Shown here one piece after another: positions 16,343 to 25,441 of a stretch of DNA of 64,000 nt (position 1 is its first letter; each line of letters begins with the position of its first letter). Source of the stretch: a virus; the IMG/VR virus record IMGVR_UViG_3300036795_000124, positions 753 to 64,752 of that record, one strand, 5' to 3'. Position numbers and translations under genes: made by a program. The notes under the pieces are model-generated. The model saw only the letters and a list, made by a program, of their open reading frames with translations, was not told where the DNA came from and made no database searches.

Positions 16343-17663
16343 GGATTACCGTGAGAAGCGGAAATCCCAACGAGGCATAGGCGACAACGGCGGGCCCACT
16401 CTCGAAATCGAACTGCCGACGCTGCATCCGGATCAGATCAAGGCGTATCAGATGCCCGCCCGTTTCAAGGCGGTGCGTTGCGGCCGACGATGGGGCAAAA
16501 CGAAATTCGGCGAGACGGTGGCATGTGATGCCGCCATTCGTAGTCAGTACATCGGGTGGTTCTCGCCCGAGTACAAATTCCAATCGGAGGCCTACGCCGA
16601 CATCGTGGGCATGTTGGCGCCGGTGCTGTGGTCGTCATCGAAAATGGACGGCGTGGTACGCACCACGACGAAGGGACGCCTCGATTTCTGGTCGCTGGAC
16701 AATCCGAATGCCGGCCGCTCGCGGCGTTACCACGGGGTGGTAATCGATGAGGCGGCGTTCGCCAAGGGCAATATGACGGATATTTGGCGCAAGGCGATCC
16801 GCCCCACGCTGGTTGATTTTCGCGGCTGGGCTCTGGTGCTGAGCAATACCAACGGCATGGATGCGACCAATTGGTTCTACCAGATTTGCAATGACGCCGA
16901 TCTCGGGTTCAAGGAATACCACGCGCCGACCTCGGCCAACCCCTACATGCCGCCCGATGAATTGGCCGAGATCGAGACCAAGACGCATCCGCTGGTCTAT
17001 CAGCAGGAATACCTCTCGGAATTCGTCGACTGGTCGGGCGCAGCATTCTTCGCCCAGCCATCATTCCTCGACGGCAATTCGCGGCCCTATCAATTCCCCC
17101 GGGTCTGCGATGCGGTGTTCGCGACCATCGATACCGCCGACAAGAACAAGAAACAGCATGACGGCACGGCGGTGATCTATTGGGCGCGCTCACAATTCTC
17201 GGGCATTCCGCTGATGATGCTCGATTACAATCTGATCCAGATCGAAGGCGCCATGCTGGAAAATTGGCTGCCGTCGGTATTCGATCGATTGAATGAACTC
17301 GCCAAACTGTGCGGCGCGCGGCGCGGCAGCCTGGGCGCATGGATCGAGGACAAGCATTCCGGGACGATCCTGTTGCAGCAGGCCAGGAACCGACGTTGGG
17401 CGGCCACGCCGATCGATCCGAAATTGACCAACCTGGGCAAGGACGCCCGCGCGCTGAACGTCTCAGGCTATGTGCACCGGGGCTCGGTCAAGATCTCCGA
17501 ATGGGCCTACAAGCAGCACACGACCTATAAGGGGGTGACGCGCAATCATCTGCTGGGCCAGATCGTGGGCTATAGAATGGGCGTCGATCAAGGTGAAGAT
17601 GATATTTTGGATTGTTTTTGTTATGGAATAGCATTGGCTCTCGGAGATAATAGAGGTCTTTAG
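16320..17663 (+). CDS. terL: Terminase large subunit
   Basis: CGRRWGKT Walker A, VVIDEAAF Walker B, TIDTA...HDGTA nuclease acidic residues, C-terminal DDILD. Confidence 0.95.
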   Translation: MVEIIRIEDYREKRKSQRGIGDNGGPTLEIELPTLHPDQIKAYQMPARFKAVRCGRRWGKTKFGETVACDAAIRSQYIGWFSPEYKFQSEAYADIVGMLAPVLWSSSKMDGVVRTTTKGRLDFWSLDNPNAGRSRRYHGVVIDEAAFAKGNMTDIWRKAIRPTLVDFRGWALVLSNTNGMDATNWFYQICNDADLGFKEYHAPTSANPYMPPDELAEIETKTHPLVYQQEYLSEFVDWSGAAFFAQPSFLDGNSRPYQFPRVCDAVFATIDTADKNKKQHDGTAVIYWARSQFSGIPLMMLDYNLIQIEGAMLENWLPSVFDRLNELAKLCGARRGSLGAWIEDKHSGTILLQQARNRRWAATPIDPKLTNLGKDARALNVSGYVHRGSVKISEWAYKQHTTYKGVTRNHLLGQIVGYRMGVDQGEDDILDCFCYGIALALGDNRGL

Positions 17664-17706
17664 ACCAACAACATTCGGAGGCCGGTTGGTCCGATGGTTT
17701 CGTTGG

Positions 17707-17904
17707 TCATGGCTGTGGCTCACAACCGAGGTGATACGGGCCTTTGTTGCCGACGAACTTCATGTGCGTCGCCGGCGCCTCGTCGCGCCGGAAACCCATA
17801 GGCAGGATATCGCATCCGCACCCCGCGCACACGGGAGGCTTTGATGTGCCGATCATCCAATTCACGGTCGGCATCGGTGCGGTTGAGGATTTACCGCCTG
17901 ACAT
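17707..17904 (-). CDS. Small hypothetical protein with CxxC
   Basis: Short ORF coupled to its neighbour. Confidence 0.4.
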   Translation of the reverse strand: MSGGKSSTAPMPTVNWMIGTSKPPVCAGCGCDILPMGFRRDEAPATHMKFVGNKGPYHLGCEPQP

Positions 17905-18166
17905 TGCCACGCTCCTTCACGGTCTGCGCTAATCCATGCAGCGACCAGCCATTGAGCCAACCTTCACTGCACCGATGCGTGCCGGCATCAGGCAAGCTGC
18001 GAAGGAAGGCATCGATCGCATCACCGGCCTGTTTCATCGTGCCGCCCATGCGTAAGGCCACAGCGGTCAACGCGAAATCGATTGCTTCAACCTCGGTCGT
18101 TGGGGATTTACTCTCGCTCATTTCAACCGCCTCCAGTAGAACCGCCATTTCCCGGTTTCTGATCAT
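17891..18166 (-). CDS. Hypothetical protein
   Basis: ATGA overlap. Confidence 0.5.
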   Translation of the reverse strand: MIRNREMAVLLEAVEMSESKSPTTEVEAIDFALTAVALRMGGTMKQAGDAIDAFLRSLPDAGTHRCSEGWLNGWSLHGLAQTVKERGNVRR

Positions 18167-18396
18167 CGCCTGATCGCATCCCATCGTTGGGCGCACAACG
18201 TGAGCGCGGCCTCGGTGCCGATGCGCGCGGCGTGCTCGGCGGCGTCATGGGCGCGGAGCTGATCGGGGCGCACCAGAGTGGGCAGCGGCGGTGGTCCTGG
18301 CTGGGCGTGCGAACAAGGCTCGGGCGCCCCGCCTGGCATGGACGCCGGGGTGCAGCCGGTCAGCAAGCCGAGCATGAGCAACCGTCTCACGGGCAT
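18163..18396 (-). CDS. Pro-rich lipoprotein (o-spanin-like)
   Basis: Lipobox LLTG-C, Pro-rich mature part. Confidence 0.55.
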   Translation of the reverse strand: MPVRRLLMLGLLTGCTPASMPGGAPEPCSHAQPGPPPLPTLVRPDQLRAHDAAEHAARIGTEAALTLCAQRWDAIRR

Positions 18397-18908
18397 TGGA
18401 TCGGCCTTCTGCCGCTGGCACCAACCACGCCGACCAGACGGGCGCATACGGTGGCGATCTGTAGCTGTCGCTGGTTGACCTCGGCGAGCAGGTTGCGATC
18501 GGTGGTATCAAGCCGGCCATCGAGCGCGCCCAGATGCGTGCCGAATTTCTCGATGACCTCAGAGGTCACGATATAGGGCGAGATCAGCGTCTCGAGCTTG
18601 AGGACGCGCTCGCGCAATCCGGCGCGTTCAGCGGCGCCGGCCTCATCGATCTTGGCCAGCGCATCAACCCGCGAGGTCAGCGCGTCCTGCTTTCCCTCGA
18701 CCTGGACATAAGACCGTTGCATTGAGGCGTACGTGGTTTGTGTCGTCCACAAGCCCCAGCCGATCGCGCCCAGCGCGCCAGCCGGGATGCCGACCACCCA
18801 GCCGATGAAGAACGCGACGGTTTGCAGATTTTGGAGGCCTTGCCACATACGCGACCAGCGACCGTTGTTGTTTTCGCGCGGCGGCTTGTCGTCCTGGCTC
18901 AGCGGCAT
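18387..18908 (-). CDS. Single-TM coiled-coil membrane protein (i-spanin-like)
   Basis: N-terminal TM then coiled coil; overlaps the lipoprotein gene. Confidence 0.5.
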   Translation of the reverse strand: MPLSQDDKPPRENNNGRWSRMWQGLQNLQTVAFFIGWVVGIPAGALGAIGWGLWTTQTTYASMQRSYVQVEGKQDALTSRVDALAKIDEAGAAERAGLRERVLKLETLISPYIVTSEVIEKFGTHLGALDGRLDTTDRNLLAEVNQRQLQIATVCARLVGVVGASGRRPIQCP

Positions 18909-18909
18909 G

Positions 18910-19194
18910 TCATTTTCCCATCAACCCACGGGCCAGTGCGCCGATCAGCGCGGGGCCTTGCGATATAAGAAGCGCGGTCACAATCGCGCCGAAGATCGTC
19001 GTGGCGATTCCGATCAGCCATTTGCTACGGCTTTCACGGCGATCCAGCAAATCACATAGCCTGCGATAATTCTTGGCGAATTCCCTCGCCGCCTCGGGAT
19101 CGGATGGATCAATACCGACAACAATTAGCGCGCGCTCGATTTCTTCGAGCCGAGAGGCGAACCGGCTTATACGCGTCGCTGGTTCATTTGCCAT
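18910..19194 (-). CDS. Small protein with C-terminal TM (holin/XhlA-like)
   Basis: Charged helix then KWLIGIATTIFGAIVTALLI TM. Confidence 0.45.
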   Translation of the reverse strand: MANEPATRISRFASRLEEIERALIVVGIDPSDPEAAREFAKNYRRLCDLLDRRESRSKWLIGIATTIFGAIVTALLISQGPALIGALARGLMGK

Positions 19195-19231
19195 TGTCCG
19201 TCCAGTCGTCCCGGTCGTTCCGAAAGCAGTC

Positions 19232-19291
19232 TTTGACGGCACAATGCTATGGCGGGCAGAGAATTGTCCAATTAACGCCGGTTTGACGGCA
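19232..19291 (+). promoter_or_regulatory. Tandem TTTGACGGCA boxes in a divergent intergenic region
   Basis: Two exact 10-mers at 19232 and 19282, each containing a TTGACG -35-like hexamer. Confidence 0.45.
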
Positions 19292-19349
19292 ATCTGGCTG
19301 CGAGGGAAGATTCCCCCGTGGCATGCCCGCCACGTGGAGGACACTAGCT

Positions 19350-19718
19350 GTGACAATCGATGTTCTGATTACGCGCGTCGTCAACGCGCACAATTCAACG
19401 GTTTACGCCCTCATGCACGCCGACGAGCGCTATATTGCAAATCACGATGAATTCCGCGACACGGTCACCGCCCTACGGCAATTCGCCGCCAAGATGCGAT
19501 CTCGCGTTGGCGTGCTGGAAGAGCTCGTGGAGCGACGGAAAACCGCCACTGACGAACGTGACAAACAGACTCCGGATTTCGTGGTCGAGGATGGGCTGCG
19601 TTGGCGCCCCACGGCGGATTATCGCCTCGTGCACAATCTTGACGGCTATTGCATAGAGCGCCTGTGGATCTGCTGTGATGATCCCGCCAAGGCCGGGCAG
19701 TGGAGACGTGTGCCGTGA
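19350..19718 (+). CDS. Hypothetical protein
   Basis: GGAGG SD before GTG. Confidence 0.6.
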   Translation: MTIDVLITRVVNAHNSTVYALMHADERYIANHDEFRDTVTALRQFAAKMRSRVGVLEELVERRKTATDERDKQTPDFVVEDGLRWRPTADYRLVHNLDGYCIERLWICCDDPAKAGQWRRVP

Positions 19719-20107
19719 GCGCGCTGATTATCGGGGACGCCCAAAGGCAGCAAATCGCCAAGCTTCGTGCGCTGGCGGCCGACAATGTGATGGACCCGGC
19801 GGCAATGGTGAACGTCGCCCAAAAGGACATGGCCGCCTATCGCCAGATGATGAGGACGCTCAGCCTTGAAATTCCGCACGGCTACATCGTCACCTATTCG
19901 CACGAGCGCCAGCCGTTCGGTCTCGCGCGGCACATCAGCATCAGCGTCGGTCGGCCGCACAAGATGCCGCACCCGGCGGCGGTCGACATGATCCTCGACG
20001 CATTCGCCCTACACCGGGCCGCGCGAAACACCGGAGGCAGCATAGATGGCGACGAACGGCAAAGAACGGTTCTGTTGGTACTGCGGCGACAGCCTTGGAT
20101 TCGTTGA
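19715..20107 (+). CDS. Hypothetical phage protein
   Basis: GTGA overlap; RHISISV motif; 3' end overlaps the next gene by 62 nt. Confidence 0.5.
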   Translation: MSALIIGDAQRQQIAKLRALAADNVMDPAAMVNVAQKDMAAYRQMMRTLSLEIPHGYIVTYSHERQPFGLARHISISVGRPHKMPHPAAVDMILDAFALHRAARNTGGSIDGDERQRTVLLVLRRQPWIR

Positions 20108-20237
20108 AAATCGCTACTACGACAAGCACGATACATGCGGCAAGTCTGAGTGCCAGCGTGAGGCACAAGCCATGTATCGAGAGGAGCGCGAGGAGGCACA
20201 CCGCGAGGTAGATGAACGCTTTGATGGTGGCTGGTGA
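20046..20237 (+). CDS. Small Cys-cluster protein
   Basis: CWYC...CGKSEC; GGAGG SD. Confidence 0.6.
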   Translation: MATNGKERFCWYCGDSLGFVENRYYDKHDTCGKSECQREAQAMYREEREEAHREVDERFDGGW

Positions 20238-20514
20238 TGCCGCGAGCCAAGAAAGCCGCTGCGCCTGCCGAAGTGCCAGAGGCTCGGGGTATCGGCGACA
20301 ACAAGCCGCCCTCAGTCGCCTCCCTCGAATTCACGTCAGAGCACCGTCGGCTGACGAACGCGGCGATCTCCGAGTTTCGGATGAATCAGGACGATTCGAC
20401 GGCGCTGGCCACCGAATCGGTCGATCAGCTTGGCATGACGACCGCGCCGACGACGTCGCAGCTATTGGAGAGTATCAACCTATTTTGGTTCGCGTTTCTG
20501 ACATCGTGCCATGA
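20234..20514 (+). CDS. Hypothetical protein, frame ambiguous (possible frameshift)
   Basis: The start couples to upstream in one frame while the stop at 20514 couples to downstream in another. Confidence 0.3.
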
Positions 20515-20777
20515 TCCGCATCAACGGCCTCCGGATCGTCACCAGCGACCTGCTGACAGAGACCATCCCCTACTCCCGTTCGCCCGCGCGTGCGCGCCGC
20601 AGGGCGGCGATGGGGCATCGACAGTATTATGCCACACGGCCCCAGGACAAGGCGGTGCAGATGCCTGACGGCACGATAGTGATGCACCCAGAACTGTTGC
20701 GCGTGATCAAGAGATTGATCGCCGAACGGGAGGCGGCGAAGGCGGTCAATCATTCGGTGTACGTCCATGCCATATGA
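20511..20777 (+). CDS. Hypothetical protein
   Basis: ATGA overlap. Confidence 0.55.
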   Translation: MIRINGLRIVTSDLLTETIPYSRSPARARRRAAMGHRQYYATRPQDKAVQMPDGTIVMHPELLRVIKRLIAEREAAKAVNHSVYVHAI

Positions 20778-20997
20778 CGAATTCATCGAATTCCCAGACG
20801 GGACGCGTGCGTTCGTCCGGTTCAGCGGCCGGCGGCCGAGGGCCAAGCCGTGCAAGTGCGGCGCGCCATCGACGTTGCAATGCGATTATCCAACGCTGGT
20901 CGGCACCTGCGACGCCTATCTATGCCAGCGTTGCGCGGTGCGCATCGGGCCTAATCGCGATTATTGCCCTGATCATCCGAGAGGGCACCAACCATGA
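20767..20997 (+). CDS. Cys-rich Zn-finger-like protein
   Basis: CKC...CD...CD..LC..C...C..H. Confidence 0.6.
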   Translation: MPYDEFIEFPDGTRAFVRFSGRRPRAKPCKCGAPSTLQCDYPTLVGTCDAYLCQRCAVRIGPNRDYCPDHPRGHQP

Positions 20998-21137
20998 TCG
21001 ACGCTGACGCGCTCGGGCGCTCGGCATGCGCCATTCTGGTGATCACCGCGCTCGGCTTGCTCTGGCCGCTGCGCTCCATCTGGGCGTTTCCGCTGGCGAT
21101 CATCCTGTTGGGCGTGATCACGGTGATGGTATTGTGA
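20994..21137 (+). CDS. 47-aa membrane protein (absent from the ORF track)
   Basis: ATGA/GTGA overlaps; two hydrophobic segments. Confidence 0.5.
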   Translation: MIDADALGRSACAILVITALGLLWPLRSIWAFPLAIILLGVITVMVL

Positions 21138-21313
21138 GTCCCGAGGAAGTCCTGGAATGGATCGAAAAATCGTGGCTCGACGGCTACGATATGGCCCAGG
21201 CCATGCTACTCGAAATCGCCAGCGTCACCGACAATCCGGATATCGCTGTGCATTTCCGGCTGGCGGCGATGATGCTGGCCAACGTCAAACCAAAGGATGG
21301 ATTGCGCAAGTGA
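21134..21313 (+). CDS. Hypothetical protein
   Basis: GTGA overlaps on both sides. Confidence 0.5.
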   Translation: MSPEEVLEWIEKSWLDGYDMAQAMLLEIASVTDNPDIAVHFRLAAMMLANVKPKDGLRK

Positions 21314-21591
21314 ACGATGCGCGTCATCTCGCGTGGATCAGACAGCAGGAATGCTGTGTGCCAGGATGCGAACGCCGCGCGCCCCACGACGTGATCGAGG
21401 CCGCGCACATCCGGAGATCGTTCAACAGCGGCACCGGAATGAAGCCGGCGGACCGATTTTGCGTCCCATTGTGCTTCGATCATCACAAGGAATCGCACCG
21501 GGGCGAGCGGACGTTCGAGCGGAAATACGGCATCGATCTGCTGGCGCTGGCCGCGCAATATGATCTCGGATCAGGGAGCGACTTGATATGA
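21310..21591 (+). CDS. DUF968-like HNH-fold protein
   Basis: HLAWIRQQECCVPGC...AAH...GTGMKP.D...VPLC..HH..H. Confidence 0.75.
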   Translation: MNDARHLAWIRQQECCVPGCERRAPHDVIEAAHIRRSFNSGTGMKPADRFCVPLCFDHHKESHRGERTFERKYGIDLLALAAQYDLGSGSDLI

Positions 21592-21857
21592 GCACCAAGC
21601 AGATCGGCCGTCTTGCGTTGCGCGAGGAAGGCGATAATTGGGTCGCCTACTACGCCATGCCGGATACCATGAAGGACGCCATCTTGCTGGGATCGATCCG
21701 CACGGCAATTGTCGGCGAGGAGAAGCACAAGCAGGCGTTTATGGCGCTGATGCGCGAGATCGTTAGCGATATCATCGAAGAGACGATGGGCGTTCGCCCT
21801 ATATGGCCTGACCCACCAATGCGAGCCCCCGAGCATGAACGTGCCGGGCGCGCGTGA
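21588..21857 (+). CDS. Hypothetical phage protein
   Basis: ATGA overlap. Confidence 0.6.
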   Translation: MSTKQIGRLALREEGDNWVAYYAMPDTMKDAILLGSIRTAIVGEEKHKQAFMALMREIVSDIIEETMGVRPIWPDPPMRAPEHERAGRA

Positions 21858-22044
21858 TGCCAAAGGACGTGCCCGCCAAATCATTTCGAACGATCCCAGG
21901 GCGGTCACCCAGACGGTGTTCGTGCGCCTGTCGCCTGGTACCGCCGCGTTGTTGCGCGCCTATGCGGCGCTGCGTGGCCAGAGCGTGGATGAGGCGGCGC
22001 GTGACATCATCGCCCGGGCGTTGATCAAAGGAGAACCAGCATGA
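21835..22044 (+). CDS. Ribbon-helix-helix (Arc-like) DNA-binding protein
   Basis: VFVRLSPGTAALLRAYAALRGQSVDEAARDII pattern; start uncertain. Confidence 0.55.
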   Translation: MNVPGARDAKGRARQIISNDPRAVTQTVFVRLSPGTAALLRAYAALRGQSVDEAARDIIARALIKGEPA

Positions 22045-22310
22045 CCGACGATTTCGAGGTCAAGACGCCAGATATTATCAACCCGTTGCTGACCAATGCC
22101 GTGATCTGCAAGGTTCTCGGCTACGATCCGCACAAGGTCTCACGCATCGTGATCGAACTTGAGGGAATGAAAATGCCGACGATCACCGTGCATCATTTTT
22201 TAAGCAGCAAGGATTCTAAGGAACTCGCCGCGATCATTGACCGCTACAATTTGGTGCCGAAAGCTGTGTCTACACATGAATTGGAAGAACGTCGAAAGGG
22301 CAAGCCATGA
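22041..22310 (+). CDS. Hypothetical protein
   Basis: AAGGAG SD; ATGA overlap. Confidence 0.6.
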   Translation: MTDDFEVKTPDIINPLLTNAVICKVLGYDPHKVSRIVIELEGMKMPTITVHHFLSSKDSKELAAIIDRYNLVPKAVSTHELEERRKGKP

Positions 22311-22561
22311 CAGAAGATCCCCGCTTTCTCCCGGTCGATGGCAAACGGGTGACGCACCATCCGGGCGAGCGCTGCCGGGCGTGCAATTGCCCGGTCAATA
22401 TCTCCGATCTCGCCACGCCCCAGGCCAAAGGACGGGATGAGGCGTTCTATTGGTGCTTGTGGTGCACCAATGTCGCGTGCGTCAACAATGCTGGCGAATG
22501 TTGGTCCAACACGGCGCCGGTCTGGACGACGTTCCTGCCCGCCTCCGCCCTGGGCAACTGA
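22307..22561 (+). CDS. Cys-rich hypothetical protein
   Basis: CxxC pairs; ATGA overlap. Confidence 0.55.
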   Translation: MTEDPRFLPVDGKRVTHHPGERCRACNCPVNISDLATPQAKGRDEAFYWCLWCTNVACVNNAGECWSNTAPVWTTFLPASALGN

Positions 22562-22607
22562 CCGGCCAAGGTTCATTGTCAGGCGATACCCAATCGGGAG
22601 ACACGCC

Positions 22608-23972
22608 ATGCCATCGATCATCGTCACCTATCCGCCGACCGCCGATGATCTCGCCCTATTGGCTAAATTAGGAATCGGCGGTGCGAGTACTGGCACCGGC
22701 GGCAACACGGACTTTTTCCCCACCGATCCGACGACCGCGCCGTTCCCGAGCCCCGAGAATAGTCAGGTCATCAACACCGCTGGTGTGATCGGCGGCCGGC
22801 CCTACCTGAAGGACAGCGACGGGACAATCCACACGTTGAAGGTGATCAGCGGTGTGGTGAATTGGATGAAAGGCAACAACGCCTGGGCGGGCGATCCCAG
22901 CCTCGGACAGATCAATCAATTGCTTGTTCGCCAGGGCAAGGTGTTCTGCCAAGACGGTGTGATCTGGAAGGATTGGACCCCGGTCTCTGTCTACAACACG
23001 ACGCTCCCGCCGGCCTGGACGACAAGCGGAGGCGGTTCGACCACGCCCAATTTGCCGGCCCTTCCCGCCTTGCCGACGCCATCAGCGGTGGCGCCGGGAT
23101 CATCGGGCAAAATCATCAACTGCGGCTCAGGCCAGACGCTTGCCACGCTCTCGGCCGCCATCCCGACCGCCAAGGCCGGCGATACGGTCAAGCTCGCTGC
23201 CGGCACCTACACCGACACGCCGCCTGCCTGGACGGTGCCGCTGCTGGTCGATCTCGGCGGGGCGACATTCAATGCCACCGGCAAAACGGCGTCCCTGGCG
23301 CGCGGCAAGGGACTGCTGGTGCCATCCGCCGATTCGATCATCCAGAACGGCACGATCACGGGAGTCGCGATGGACCAAGGAAGCGGGCAGCTGACCAGCG
23401 GAGTCAGGCCTGACGATGGGTGTGGGTATTTGACATTGAAGAACCTGCAGCTGCACGGCAACCAGTGCGCCGTCGGCGAGGGCGGCATCAGCGTCGCGAT
23501 CGAGCTGGACAACTGCAACATTTCCAACAACGGGCTGAAGGTGAATTCCGGCTCGCTGACGCACGACCTCTACGTCAGCTGCCGGCGGCTTACCCTGGTG
23601 AACGTCATTGCCAACGGCGCGGTCGAGGGCCATGCCATCAAATACCGCGGCCCGGAACTGATCGTTACCGGTGGCACGTTCGCATCAGCGCCTGGAAAGC
23701 CGTTCGATATGCCGGATGGCTCGACTGTGCCGTTCAAGATCACCAACGCCGCCCTCATCAAGGGAGCCACCGATCCTGATCACGGCGTGCTGGCCTACGG
23801 GGAGGAAAGCGGGGCCAACGGTCTGATCGGCGGCTCGATTACCGGCGGTTCGATCGTGGCGGCCTGTCCGAACCCCTCGATTATCACGATGGGCGGCACG
23901 ATCACGGTGACCGCGACCATCACGGGCGGCAAGATCACTGCCAGCGGGGGTGGCACTGTCACAGGCATTTAG
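22608..23972 (+). CDS. Right-handed beta-helix (pectin-lyase-like) protein
   Basis: TLSAAIPTAKAGDTVKLAAGTY cap followed by beta-helix repeats; GGGAG SD. Confidence 0.75.
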   Translation: MPSIIVTYPPTADDLALLAKLGIGGASTGTGGNTDFFPTDPTTAPFPSPENSQVINTAGVIGGRPYLKDSDGTIHTLKVISGVVNWMKGNNAWAGDPSLGQINQLLVRQGKVFCQDGVIWKDWTPVSVYNTTLPPAWTTSGGGSTTPNLPALPALPTPSAVAPGSSGKIINCGSGQTLATLSAAIPTAKAGDTVKLAAGTYTDTPPAWTVPLLVDLGGATFNATGKTASLARGKGLLVPSADSIIQNGTITGVAMDQGSGQLTSGVRPDDGCGYLTLKNLQLHGNQCAVGEGGISVAIELDNCNISNNGLKVNSGSLTHDLYVSCRRLTLVNVIANGAVEGHAIKYRGPELIVTGGTFASAPGKPFDMPDGSTVPFKITNAALIKGATDPDHGVLAYGEESGANGLIGGSITGGSIVAACPNPSIITMGGTITVTATITGGKITASGGGTVTGI

Positions 23973-25392
23973 AAAGACCCCAATTTTCCGGACGACGGTG
24001 ACGCTTGGGCTTTTGGTTGCCGTTGTTTGGGCGACGATCGGACTTGCCCACGCCACGGACACGACGATCACACTGCAGCCCGGCGACACGGTGCGGATCA
24101 TCGCCCCGCCGCCGGCGTTGCCCGCGCCTTCAACCGGCATGCAGGCAGCGCGCATCGCGGACCTGATGAACGTTCTCTCGGTGGTCGCGTTTCCGATCAC
24201 CGACCAGAACAATGATCCGTGGGGATCATGGCCAGCCGATTACTCGGCGGCGACAACCGTTGCGGCGCTCGATTATCTGACCGCTGGGTCCGGACTGCCG
24301 ATCAATTTGCGCGTCTACCACTATGCGGGCCGCGAGACTGTAACGGCACCGTGGCTGCGACAGGTGCACGCGGCGACCGGGGCACGGGTCTCCGTGGCAG
24401 TGGGCGGCGGCGGTGGCATGGCCGACGTGCCGTCCATGCTGGCGCTGGCCGCCGATCCCGCCACCGGCATCGCCTGGGCGGAGGGGATCAACGAGCCCAA
24501 CAACATTGGACCGGTGCCGGCCGCAACGACGATCGCGGTCCAGCAAGCGATCAAGGCAGGGCTTCCGGGCGGCGTCGTCAACGTGGGGCCGTCGATCGTG
24601 TTCGGGCTACCGTTCCCGGCCGGCTATATCTCGCCGCCCTATTTCAGCACCACGGACCTCGCGACGATCAATGGCCTGATCGGGCATGCGAACGGCCATT
24701 TCTATCCACCCACCCTGCCAGACCTCAACGACGGTTCCGGTATGGGTGCATTCGACGACGTGGTGAGCGGCCTTGGGATCGCCTATCAGCGCAAGCCGAT
24801 CGACCTGACCGAGTGGCATCCGACACTGTTCAACGCGAACGGGCAGACCGCCAACGACAAACTGGCGGCGTATTATGGATTGCAATTCCTGGTGCGCGCC
24901 TGGCAACTCGGCGTCGAGCAGGCCTCTTGGTTTGCCTTGTTCGATTTCGGCACCATCTACCGCTGCGGTCTGTTTCCGACCAACGCAACCAACCCACGCG
25001 CGGCCGCCATCGCCCTGCGCGCACTGTACGTCCTCACGGGGGATCATGGGGTGACGAAATCGACGTTCGCGCCCGGTCGGCTGCCGGTTGCCATCTCCGG
25101 TCAGCAACCGGCGATCGCCGGCAGTCCGCGCACCGGCGGCAATCTCGCGGTGTTCGAGGCGAGCGACGGGCGGTACTTCATCCTGTTCTGGGACGCGGCG
25201 GTCGTTCCTGGGGGGGCCGCGTCGCCCTGGACGTTCAGTTTCGCCGGGACGCCGCCGGTCTCGGTGAAGGAGTACAACCTACAGGGCGTGGCGACCGACA
25301 CGACACCGATCCAGACGGTCATAGCGCCGGCAACAGCGCGCGTCATCTCGCAAATGCCGGCGGCGTTCCATCTCATGGTGGTACAGCCGTAG
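23950..25392 (+). CDS. Secreted clan GH-A glycoside-hydrolase-like protein
   Basis: Signal peptide ending AHA; GINEP acid/base motif and LTEW nucleophile motif. Confidence 0.65.
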   Translation: MALSQAFRKTPIFRTTVTLGLLVAVVWATIGLAHATDTTITLQPGDTVRIIAPPPALPAPSTGMQAARIADLMNVLSVVAFPITDQNNDPWGSWPADYSAATTVAALDYLTAGSGLPINLRVYHYAGRETVTAPWLRQVHAATGARVSVAVGGGGGMADVPSMLALAADPATGIAWAEGINEPNNIGPVPAATTIAVQQAIKAGLPGGVVNVGPSIVFGLPFPAGYISPPYFSTTDLATINGLIGHANGHFYPPTLPDLNDGSGMGAFDDVVSGLGIAYQRKPIDLTEWHPTLFNANGQTANDKLAAYYGLQFLVRAWQLGVEQASWFALFDFGTIYRCGLFPTNATNPRAAAIALRALYVLTGDHGVTKSTFAPGRLPVAISGQQPAIAGSPRTGGNLAVFEASDGRYFILFWDAAVVPGGAASPWTFSFAGTPPVSVKEYNLQGVATDTTPIQTVIAPATARVISQMPAAFHLMVVQP

Positions 25393-25441
25393 CGAGGCGC
25401 AGCTAATTCGGACATGATCCGCCAGGAAAGGCGGAGTCCCC

